From assembly GCA_947452755.1 (NCBI GenBank), contig CANGDT010000004.1:454-64453 (forward strand): a DNA stretch of 64,000 bases. Reading direction: 5' to 3'. Shown in pieces: positions 55,924-64,000 of the stretch (position 1 is its first letter; each line of letters begins with the position of its first letter). Under the pieces are notes generated by a model. That model saw only the letters and a program-made list of their open reading frames with translations. It made no database searches and had not been told where the DNA came from. The stretch is from Actinomycetota bacterium (GTDB lineage: Bacteria; Actinomycetota; Actinomycetes; S36-B12; UBA5976). Both the position numbers and the translations under genes were made by a program.

Positions 55924-56238
55924 ATGGATATTCAGAATGAAGATGACGTCATGGAACTGATGCGTGATGTTGTCGATCCTGAATTGGGCATCAATGTCGT
56001 AGACCTCGGTCTGGTTTACGGTGTCACAGTGGATGACGCCAACGTTGCCACTATTGATATGACGCTGACGTCGGCCGCTTGCCCGTTGACCGACGTTATT
56101 GAAGATCAGACTCGCGCCGCTCTTGATGGGCATGTCTCTGATTTCAAGCTTAATTGGGTTTGGATGCCACCATGGGGCCCAGACAAGATCACTGACGAGG
56201 GTCGCGAAATGCTTCGCGCCCTTGGATTCAACGTATAG
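55924..56238 (+). CDS. sufT: DUF59 / SufT-type Fe-S assembly factor
   Basis: 104 aa. V.DPELGINVVDLGLVY and TLTSAACP motifs. Confidence 0.85.
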   Translation: MDIQNEDDVMELMRDVVDPELGINVVDLGLVYGVTVDDANVATIDMTLTSAACPLTDVIEDQTRAALDGHVSDFKLNWVWMPPWGPDKITDEGREMLRALGFNV

Positions 56239-56248
56239 TTCTAACTCT

Positions 56249-57847
56249 GTGATTCAAGCAACTGAAATTGAGTTGCGTGCTGGAGCTGAGCTACTTCTCT
56301 CGGGTGCGACTTTTCGTGTAGATGCCGGTGACCGTATTGGTCTAGTCGGTCGGAATGGCGCGGGCAAAACTACCCTGACCAAGGCCCTTGCAGGTCAAAC
56401 TCAGCCGGCCGGTGGCACTATCGCCAGCAGTGGAAATGTCGGCTATCTGCCACAAGATCCTCGAACCGGTGACTTAGACGTTGTCGCCATGGATCGAATT
56501 CTCAGCGTGCGCGGTCTCGATGAAATCATCCGTCGGATGCGTCAGTTCGAAGTGGATATGGGAAGCCCTGATCCGTCCGTCAGCGAAAAGGCGATGCGCA
56601 AGTACACGACTGCTGAAACCGCGTTTCAGAGCGCAGGCGGATATGCGGCTGAAAGCGAAGCGGCAACCTTGGCTGCAAGCGTGGGACTCAAGCCCGACAC
56701 CTTGAAGCAAACGCTAGGGACATTGTCGGGTGGTCAACGTCGGCGAATTGAACTTGCTCGCATTCTTTTTAGTGATGCCGAGGTGCTACTACTCGATGAG
56801 CCAACAAACCACCTTGACGCTGACTCGATTGCGTGGCTGCGCGGATTCCTTGCGAATCACGCTGGCGGTTTGATTGTAATTAGCCACGATGTTGAGTTGC
56901 TTGAAGCTACCGTGAACAAAGTTTTTCATCTTGACGCCAATCGCCAAACGCTCGATGTGTACAACGTGGGTTGGAAAGATTATTTGGAGGCTCGCGAGCA
57001 GGATGAGCGTCGTCGTAAGCGAGAGCGCACAAACGCTGAGAAGCAGGCCACTGTTTTGAAGCTCCAGGCTGACAAGATGCGTGCAAAGGCATCGAAGGCC
57101 AAGGCTGCGCAGGGTATGCAGAAGCGCGCTGAAAAGTTGCTGGAAGGTCTTGAAGGCGAACGGGTTGCAGATCGGGTAGCAAAACTTAGATTCCCAACAC
57201 CCTCACCTTGCGGTAAAACTCCTCTGATGGCGACCGGATTGAGTCGGGTTTATGGCTCACTGGAGATTTTCACTGATGTCGACTTGGCAATTGACCGTGG
57301 AAGCAAAGTTGTAGTGCTTGGACTGAACGGCGCTGGAAAAACAACCCTGTTAAGAATTCTTGCTGGCATTGATAAGCCAGACACGGGTGAAATCCAGCCA
57401 GGCCATGGTTTGAAAATTGGGTATTACGCGCAGGAACACGAAACGCTCGACGCTGATCGTTCGGTTTTGGACAACATGGTTTCGGCAGCAGGGGATTTGA
57501 ACGACACTCAGGTGCGCAGTGTTCTTGGCTCATTCCTTTTTTCTGGGGATTCTGTTAACAAACCAGCTGGAGTGCTTTCAGGTGGTGAAAAGACGCGGTT
57601 GTCGCTGGCGATGCTCGTGGTGTCGTCGGCAAATGTTTTGCTCCTTGATGAACCCACAAACAACTTGGACCCGGCAAGTCGCGCCGAGATCCTTGACGCG
57701 CTCCACAACTATGAAGGTTCTGTCGTATTGGTCACCCACGATGAAGGGGCTGTGACTGCGCTCGCGCCGGAACGGGTGCTGTTGTTGCCTGATGGCATCG
57801 AGGATCTCTGGAATACCGACTATCTAGACTTAATCTCTTTGGCTTAG
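56249..57847 (+). CDS. ABC-F family ATPase (two fused ABC domains, no membrane domain)
   Basis: Trimmed to the GTG at 56249, after the sufT stop. 532 aa. Two Walker A sites (GRNGAGKTT, GLNGAGKTT), two signatures (LSGGQRRR, LSGGEKTR) and a charged linker. Confidence 0.9.
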   Translation: MIQATEIELRAGAELLLSGATFRVDAGDRIGLVGRNGAGKTTLTKALAGQTQPAGGTIASSGNVGYLPQDPRTGDLDVVAMDRILSVRGLDEIIRRMRQFEVDMGSPDPSVSEKAMRKYTTAETAFQSAGGYAAESEAATLAASVGLKPDTLKQTLGTLSGGQRRRIELARILFSDAEVLLLDEPTNHLDADSIAWLRGFLANHAGGLIVISHDVELLEATVNKVFHLDANRQTLDVYNVGWKDYLEAREQDERRRKRERTNAEKQATVLKLQADKMRAKASKAKAAQGMQKRAEKLLEGLEGERVADRVAKLRFPTPSPCGKTPLMATGLSRVYGSLEIFTDVDLAIDRGSKVVVLGLNGAGKTTLLRILAGIDKPDTGEIQPGHGLKIGYYAQEHETLDADRSVLDNMVSAAGDLNDTQVRSVLGSFLFSGDSVNKPAGVLSGGEKTRLSLAMLVVSSANVLLLDEPTNNLDPASRAEILDALHNYEGSVVLVTHDEGAVTALAPERVLLLPDGIEDLWNTDYLDLISLA

Positions 57848-57955
57848 CGCGAACAAACGGCTTGTGCTTTCCCAATCAAAAGGAGCAAGGGCTAGAGTCT
57901 TAACTACGGACTAACTGCCTCGAAAGCGGGCAACCGTAGATTTTCAGGAGCGCAC

Positions 57956-59836
57956 TTGAGCCTTCACATGAATGCCTGGCAGGCCTATAGCGGGTTCACA
58001 GCTGACGGCAAGGTGAAGGAGCAACAGCTCGCAAGTGGCACGATACGCCGAATCATGTCGTATGCCCGGATCTACAAGCGGGCCATTGTCACTTATTTAA
58101 CTTTGCTTGTTGTGCAAGCACTATTGGTAGTTGCTTCGCCGCTGCTCTTCAAGCGAATCGTCGACAAAGCTATTCCGACACACGATTCACACATGGTTAC
58201 CGTGCTGGCACTGCTCATCGCATTTGTCGCCATTCTGGATGCAACACTTGGTGTTTATAGCCGCAAGATGCAGTCGGTGATTGGTGAAGGTCTTATCTAC
58301 AATTTGCGCAGCGAAGTCTTTGACCATGTACAACGGCAATCAATCGCATTCTTTACGCGCGCACAAACCGGCGCCCTGATCTCTCGACTAAATGGCGACG
58401 TTATGGGAGCCCAACGGGCCTTTACCAGCACTTTGGGTGGTGTTGTCAGCAATGTCATCAGCCTTGTCATCGTTGTCATCACTATGGCTGCGTTGTCCTG
58501 GCAGATCACACTTGCATCGATATTCATGCTGCCAATCTTTCTTTTGCCAGCGCGATGGATGGGTAAGCGCCTCCAGGCTTTGACGCGTGAACAGGCGGAT
58601 TACAACGCAACGATGAGCACTCAGATGGCTGAACGCTTCAACGTGTCCGGTGCGCTTCTGATGAAGCTTTTTGGAAATCCTGAACGTGAACGCGACAGTT
58701 TTGCTGACAAGGCCGATAAGGTTCGCGACGTTGGCATCAGTATTGCAATGTCGAGCAGTGTATTTTTTACAGCCATGGTTCTTGTTGGTTCAATGGCCAC
58801 GGCACTTGTTTACGGGATTGGCGGCAATGCGGTTATTAATTCGACGTTGTCGCTGGGAACACTCCTTGCTCTCGTGGCATTACTCGGCCGTCTTTATGGT
58901 CCGATGGCTGCACTAGCGAATGTTCGAATCGACGTCATGACTGCACTTGTGTCGTTCGAGCGAGTATTCGAAGTTCTTGATCTCGAACCGATGGTGAAAG
59001 ACTCGCCTGAAGCACAAGAACTGCAACGTGGACCCAAGTCTGTGACTTTCAATCATGTTGATTTTCGTTACCCGACACCGCAAGAGGTTTCTCTTGCAAG
59101 CCTGGAAGTCATTGCCCGAACTGATCTCGCGGCTAGCGATGAACTCACACTCAAGGGTCTAACTTTTACCGCCGAAGCTGGCCAACTTGTTGCGCTCGTC
59201 GGTCCGTCAGGAGCCGGCAAAACAACCATCACAGGATTGGTCAGTCGCTTATATGATGCAACCGCCGGCTCTGTGTCAGTAGGTGGTATAGATGTTCGAG
59301 GAGTCACTCAAGAGTCTCTCCATAGTTCTGTCGGCGTTGTGACGCAGGATTCGCACATGTACCACGACACCATTCGAGCAAATTTGATGTATGCACGAAT
59401 TGATGCCACTGACGAACAAATCTGGAATGCCTGCGAAGACGCACAGATAGCGGACATGATTCGCGCACTTCCTGATGGACTTGAAACTGTTGTAGGTGAC
59501 CGTGGACATCGATTGTCGGGCGGCGAGAAGCAGCGACTGGCAATTGCCCGATTGCTGCTGAAGGCACCTGATGTAGTTGTGCTCGACGAAGCAACTGCAC
59601 ATTTGGATAGCGAAAGTGAAGCGGCAGTCCAGGAGGCACTTGGTAAAGCACTTCGAGGGCGAACTTCAATTGTCATCGCGCATCGCCTGTCGACAGTTCG
59701 TCAAGCGGACCAAATTCTTGTTATTGACGCTGGACGCATAGTTCAGCAGGGAACTCACGACGAACTTCTTGTTTCAGGTGGACTATACGCCGATTTGTAT
59801 AACCGTCAATTTGCAGATTCTGAAGACGCTTCCTGA
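57956..59836 (+). CDS. ABC exporter, fused permease and ATPase (MsbA/MdlB-type)
   Basis: TTG start 5 nt after AGGAG. 626 aa. Six-helix N-terminal domain, GPSGAGKTT, LSGGEKQR, VVLDEATAHLD. Confidence 0.88.
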   Translation: MSLHMNAWQAYSGFTADGKVKEQQLASGTIRRIMSYARIYKRAIVTYLTLLVVQALLVVASPLLFKRIVDKAIPTHDSHMVTVLALLIAFVAILDATLGVYSRKMQSVIGEGLIYNLRSEVFDHVQRQSIAFFTRAQTGALISRLNGDVMGAQRAFTSTLGGVVSNVISLVIVVITMAALSWQITLASIFMLPIFLLPARWMGKRLQALTREQADYNATMSTQMAERFNVSGALLMKLFGNPERERDSFADKADKVRDVGISIAMSSSVFFTAMVLVGSMATALVYGIGGNAVINSTLSLGTLLALVALLGRLYGPMAALANVRIDVMTALVSFERVFEVLDLEPMVKDSPEAQELQRGPKSVTFNHVDFRYPTPQEVSLASLEVIARTDLAASDELTLKGLTFTAEAGQLVALVGPSGAGKTTITGLVSRLYDATAGSVSVGGIDVRGVTQESLHSSVGVVTQDSHMYHDTIRANLMYARIDATDEQIWNACEDAQIADMIRALPDGLETVVGDRGHRLSGGEKQRLAIARLLLKAPDVVVLDEATAHLDSESEAAVQEALGKALRGRTSIVIAHRLSTVRQADQILVIDAGRIVQQGTHDELLVSGGLYADLYNRQFADSEDAS

Positions 59837-60594
59837 TCGTCTTTCAGCTGACGTCGCTCGAGGACTTCGTTGCGCACGAGAATGATCCACCCAATGACGG
59901 TCATGATCATAAAGAAAATCCACTGAAGGGCATAAGACCTGTGGGGGCCTTCGGTGATAGTTGGTGCGGGTATCGCAGTGAGGTCGGCGCTCAATGAATT
60001 AGGTCGGCTGTTTGTCATCTCAAGATAAACATCACTAACTGTCGTATTGCTGGAGACAATTTCTTGTGGTGCGACGACATCGACTTGACCGATAGGCAAG
60101 TCGTTTGGCTTTGGTTTACTGCGGGTTTTTACATTGCGAATTCTGCCGAGTGTTTCAACGACACCATTTGGCGGCGTGATGACCGACGGCGTATCTGTTG
60201 CTGATTTTTCTGCAGCACGCCATCCTCTGTTGATCATGAGGACAGAACCATCGGTAAGCACAAGGGGAGTAATAACCCAAAAACCTAGGTCTGATTCTTG
60301 GCTCTTTTTACGGACCAAGACTTGGTGTGTCACATCCCACGTACCGGTGGCATAGACCGAACGCCATTCGGAATCAGTGCCGTACTGAATTCCGTCGGGT
60401 GATGGTTTCGTGTGGGTGAGGGCACCGATTGGTACTGGTGCAAGCGCCTGGTCGTGAAGAACTACATGGTTATAAGTCAGACGTTGATCCAAGCGGCGCC
60501 ATTGCCATTGGGACAATGACCACAGCGCTGGCTGAACTAAGATCGCCACAAGCGTCACGGCAATCCATTTTTTTGTCAGCAGGAACGAATACAC
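59806..60594 (-). CDS. SURF1-family cytochrome oxidase assembly protein
   Basis: 262 aa. N-terminal TM with QWQWRRL, central NRGW, C-terminal YALQW plus a second TM. Confidence 0.8.
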   Translation of the reverse strand: MYSFLLTKKWIAVTLVAILVQPALWSLSQWQWRRLDQRLTYNHVVLHDQALAPVPIGALTHTKPSPDGIQYGTDSEWRSVYATGTWDVTHQVLVRKKSQESDLGFWVITPLVLTDGSVLMINRGWRAAEKSATDTPSVITPPNGVVETLGRIRNVKTRSKPKPNDLPIGQVDVVAPQEIVSSNTTVSDVYLEMTNSRPNSLSADLTAIPAPTITEGPHRSYALQWIFFMIMTVIGWIILVRNEVLERRQLKDDQEASSESAN

Positions 60595-60616
60595 CTAATA
60601 AGAGTAGTGAAAAGTC

Positions 60617-60916
60617 TTAGCGCTCTGAATGTGGCGCTGGCGCGATGGCTTCTTTGGTAGGCGGTACGAACGGATTCGTGCCACCCCATGCGCCGCGTTC
60701 GCGACCAGCGTTGGCGATTACCACGGAAAAGTAAGGTAAGAACACTGCGCCAGCAATCAGGATCCACCGAAGTGTTCCGTGGCTGATGACAGCTAGGACG
60801 AAACAGATGGTCCTCAGGCTCATGCTAAATAGGTAACGACGCTGACGACCTTTTTGATCTTCGGTAATGCCCGTAGCAGCACCGGTGATTGTGAATACTT
60901 CAGGTTCTTGAGTCAT
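60617..60916 (-). CDS. DUF3099-family small membrane protein
   Basis: 99 aa, two TM helices. The R.RRYL..M..R pattern and its position next to SURF1 are typical in Actinobacteria. Confidence 0.7.
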   Translation of the reverse strand: MTQEPEVFTITGAATGITEDQKGRQRRYLFSMSLRTICFVLAVISHGTLRWILIAGAVFLPYFSVVIANAGRERGAWGGTNPFVPPTKEAIAPAPHSER

Positions 60917-60988
60917 GCTGCACCTTATGTGTGAGGTCTGTGTCTCTAGGCTACGGTGGTATTACCAATTCAGCATCTGGGAGAGATC

Positions 60989-61201
60989 ATGGCAAATCGC
61001 ACATACCGAATCACGGAAATCGTCGGCACGTCAAACGAGAGCATCGATCAGGCCATCAAAAACGGCATCAATCGAGTCACCCAGACAGTTCGCCACGTGG
61101 ATTGGTTCGAAGTCACTGAAATTCGTGGATCAGTTCGCGACAACGAAGTTGCTGACATTCAGGTCGGACTTAAAGTCGGCTTCCGCCTTGAGGACGCCTA
61201 A
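60989..61201 (+). CDS. Dodecin (flavin-binding)
   Basis: Trimmed to the ATG at 60989, after GGGAGAG. 70 aa. YRITEIVGTS..SIDQAI..G...A..T.R...WFEV pattern. Confidence 0.8.
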   Translation: MANRTYRITEIVGTSNESIDQAIKNGINRVTQTVRHVDWFEVTEIRGSVRDNEVADIQVGLKVGFRLEDA

Positions 61202-61204
61202 CTT

Positions 61205-62584
61205 CTAAATTGCGTCAGATCGTGTCGACAGGTTGAAACCGTCGATGACGACAGGAGCAACTCGGGCGCGAGGGAACCAATCGGCCCATTCGCGCGGCAG
61301 GCAGTTGATAGCTTCGCCTGCGTCGACAATGCGGTTGAGCATGCCAACTGGTGACTCGTTAAAGCGGAAGTTGTTTGCTGCGCCAACAATCTGGCCATCT
61401 CGAACAACATAGACGCCATCGCGAGTCAGTCCCGTTAGTAGAAGTGACTGCGGATCCACTTCGCGGATGTACCACAAGCATGTGATGAGCAAGCCGTCCT
61501 GCATCCGTGCTGCAGTTTCTCGCAATGATCCGTGCCCTTGTTTGTCGGTCACAACAATGTTGTCCGCCATTGGAGTGAATGGAAGCTTTGCAATTTCTGC
61601 GGTGTGTCGACTGCTTCCGAGTGCGGTGAGAATTCCATCGCGGATGATGTCAACTGGTTGAATCTCCATGCCCGTGTCGAATGTGCTGGCAAATGTTGAA
61701 GTGCCGACGCTGATCACTCGATTCAGCGTTTCTAGACCACGTGCGTGTGGATCTGCGGTCACAGTGAAATTGCGAGGACTGAGTCGCTCACCAACTCGTG
61801 TGCCACCGGCGGTTGCACTAAATACACTGCGGCCTTCGGCGGCTTCGCGCGCGGAAGCCGTCCACATGAGGTAAATCATCAAGTCAGCGAGCGCGCTGGA
61901 TGACAATGTCACCTTGTGCAATCCGGGCTCGATGTCGATGCGGGTTTTTTGAAATTCAAGTCCCTCAAGAACTGCTTGCGCATGCGCCTGAACATCCACG
62001 TCGGCGAATGTGGTGCCACTCTGGCCTGACCACGACGAGCGATCACGCTCGTGACTCTTTGCGCAGAGTTCGAATCGACTCGTGTGTTGAACAAAACGAA
62101 TACGAGTGCCGGCAGAGGTGCCGACGTAACTTGTGTCAGCCGATTGTTCTGCGTAACCAAAGAACTGAACTGAATCGTCTGCAAAAGCGTGTCCTAGTCC
62201 ACCAGCAACTCGTTCAAGTTGCGACAGATCAACCACAGCGGGCTCGTCATAGAAGTCTTCATCAACTGGCCCAGCAAATAATTCAGCGGCGTCTTCAGAT
62301 GCTCCACCGGCGATGCCAGCGGCTTGAGCTCGTGCGACAAGTTCGGCAATGTCAGCTCGTGTACGGATCTGTCCGCTCGCAAGCCCAGCACCAATCCCAT
62401 CGGTCGCAGTAACAAAGGCCGCAATGCTCAGTGTGCGCTCGTGCATGTCACCATTGGTTGTCAGAGACGAATTAGCCCAACGCAGGTTGGCTGAGGCATT
62501 CGATTCCGCGACAGCTACGCCGCCGCTGGCTCCCAATAGTTCAAGTGCAATGTCAACACTTTGCGCTAAAGAAATTTCGCTCAT
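61205..62584 (-). CDS. pmbA: PmbA/TldE-family metallopeptidase subunit
   Basis: 459 aa. TldD/PmbA fold without HExxxH. ATGA overlap with the upstream tldD. Confidence 0.85.
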   Translation of the reverse strand: MSEISLAQSVDIALELLGASGGVAVAESNASANLRWANSSLTTNGDMHERTLSIAAFVTATDGIGAGLASGQIRTRADIAELVARAQAAGIAGGASEDAAELFAGPVDEDFYDEPAVVDLSQLERVAGGLGHAFADDSVQFFGYAEQSADTSYVGTSAGTRIRFVQHTSRFELCAKSHERDRSSWSGQSGTTFADVDVQAHAQAVLEGLEFQKTRIDIEPGLHKVTLSSSALADLMIYLMWTASAREAAEGRSVFSATAGGTRVGERLSPRNFTVTADPHARGLETLNRVISVGTSTFASTFDTGMEIQPVDIIRDGILTALGSSRHTAEIAKLPFTPMADNIVVTDKQGHGSLRETAARMQDGLLITCLWYIREVDPQSLLLTGLTRDGVYVVRDGQIVGAANNFRFNESPVGMLNRIVDAGEAINCLPREWADWFPRARVAPVVIDGFNLSTRSDAI

Positions 62585-64000
62585 GCGCTTGCCTCCTGTC
62601 GGCCATTGAGGATATTAATTCCGCGGAAGAGAGCCGAAGGTGCACCGTGGCTCACTGGTGCGACTTGACCTGGCTGACCCTTTCCACAGTTCAACGCACC
62701 ACCAAGTAGATACGTTGACTTTCCGCCAACGGCTTCCATCGATCCCCAAAAGTCCGGAGTTTTGGATTGATAGACCACATCTTTGAGCTGACCAACAATC
62801 TGACCGTCTTTGATTTCAAAAAATCTTTGACCTGTGAATTGAAAGTTGTAGCGCTGCATGTCGATGGACCACGACTTGTCGCCGACGATGTAGATGCCGC
62901 GGTCAACTCGCGAAATGAGGTCTTGTGTTGTGATGTCCTCATCTGATGGTTGTAAAGAGACATTAGGCATGCGCTGTATTGGTACATGTGTGGCGCTGTC
63001 GGCAAACGCGCACCCATTTGATCGTTCGAGGCCAACCTTGGCTGCGATGCTTCGATCGGTTTGGTAACCAGTCAGGATGCCGTCCTTAATCAGGTGCCAC
63101 TGTTGTGCCGCTACACCTTCGTCATCGAAACCGACAGTGGAAAGTCCATGGTCTGCAATGCGATCGCCGGTCACATTCATCACGGGGCTTCCATATTTGA
63201 AGTTTCCAAGTTTGTCGATGGTGGCAAACGATGTGCCGGCGTAGTTCGCTTCATAGCCAAGAGCACGATCGAGTTCGGTGGCATGGCCGATTGACTCGTG
63301 AATGGTCAACCACAGATTGGTCGGATCAATGACGAGGTCCCACGTGCCTGCAGTGACAGAAGGGGATTTCACTTTTTGGTCTAGGTAGTCAGGAATTGCT
63401 GCCAATTCTGCATCCCAATCCCAGCCGGTACCTGTGAGGTATTCAAATCCACGCCCAGCGGGAGGAGCGCACGTGCGCATGTCTTCAAAACCATTTTCCC
63501 CGACATGAATTGCAGTGAGCTGTGCACTGATGCGGTCACGTCGCTGTGTGATGGCGTTGCCATTCAAGTCAGCAAAGAATGTTGTATCGCGCCCCATTGC
63601 GGTGTGCGCGTCGACATGGTTAACGATGGACGCCTGAGCAACCCGCGTGTTCCAAGACTGTAATAACGCAATGACCTCGTCGTCGGACTTCGCGAAGGCA
63701 TCATCGCCAATCGGTAGCACCCAAGATTGCTCACCATGCGCAGGTTCGTTTGCTAGGACAACCGGATCTGATGACACTCGCGCACTTAACCGCGCCATAG
63801 CCAATGCTCGTGCAACTGTGTCACGAGCGGAATTCTCAGAAAGATCCGTGCTCGCCGCAAAGCCCCAAGCGCCCTTAACCACAACGCGCACGCTCAATGC
63901 AATGTTTGAGTCCGAGCCAATGTTTTCTACCACGCCATCGCGCAGCGAAATGCCACGGGAATCGTGCCGAGCAATACGGAACTGGGCAACTTCTGCGCCA
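62581..64000 (-). CDS. tldD: TldD-family metallopeptidase (5' end beyond the window edge)
   Basis: Contains the HExxxH site (IHESIGHATELD) and a GxC motif. The reading frame stays open upstream of the ORF-track start (63933) to the window edge, so the true start is probably outside the window. Confidence 0.88.
   Translation of the reverse strand, partial: GAEVAQFRIARHDSRGISLRDGVVENIGSDSNIALSVRVVVKGAWGFAASTDLSENSARDTVARALAMARLSARVSSDPVVLANEPAHGEQSWVLPIGDDAFAKSDDEVIALLQSWNTRVAQASIVNHVDAHTAMGRDTTFFADLNGNAITQRRDRISAQLTAIHVGENGFEDMRTCAPPAGRGFEYLTGTGWDWDAELAAIPDYLDQKVKSPSVTAGTWDLVIDPTNLWLTIHESIGHATELDRALGYEANYAGTSFATIDKLGNFKYGSPVMNVTGDRIADHGLSTVGFDDEGVAAQQWHLIKDGILTGYQTDRSIAAKVGLERSNGCAFADSATHVPIQRMPNVSLQPSDEDITTQDLISRVDRGIYIVGDKSWSIDMQRYNFQFTGQRFFEIKDGQIVGQLKDVVYQSKTPDFWGSMEAVGGKSTYLLGGALNCGKGQPGQVAPVSHGAPSALFRGINILNGRQEASA

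Overview
This window is a tightly packed, conserved housekeeping stretch of an actinobacterial chromosome, roughly half G+C by eye (not computed). The gene order is the classic actinobacterial core. On the plus strand: nadK(partial)-recN-pyrG-nudix-ald-xerD-parA-scpA-scpB-rluB-aroH-tyrA-cmk-der, then tRNA-Pro(GGG), then livK-H-M-G-F. A small mixed patch follows (DUF554 membrane protein, GNAT, PaaI thioesterase). Then polA-rpsA-coaE-uvrB-terC-uvrA-uvrC-rapZ-yvcK-whiA-gap-pgk-tpiA-secG-rbpA. On the minus strand: pgl-opcA-zwf-tal-tkt. Then ctaB and a convergent ctaA, sufR-sufB-sufD-Rieske-sufC-sufS-sufU-sufT, an ABC-F ATPase, an ABC exporter, SURF1, DUF3099, dodecin, and pmbA-tldD (tldD runs off the right edge). 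CDS coordinates include the stop codon. Several ORF-track models were trimmed to internal starts where an upstream gene's stop, an ATGA/GTGA overlap, an RBS or the family N-terminus supports it. I found no mobile element, CRISPR array, defence island or orphan multi-gene cluster, and I do not claim a novel system. The items worth a second look are small. They are tandem copies of the tRNA-Pro 3' end, which look like integration scars. There is a 34-bp x3 tandem repeat that forms a hairpin with the end of the thioesterase gene. A TGCGGA-T-TCCGCA-type motif is shared by the ald and livK upstream regions. A Rieske ferredoxin sits inside the suf operon. OpcA carries a Lys/Ala-rich tail. Convergent gene pairs overlap at their 3' ends. 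The tpiA-secG spacer contains direct repeats. All functional calls come from reading the translations by eye; no database search was run.
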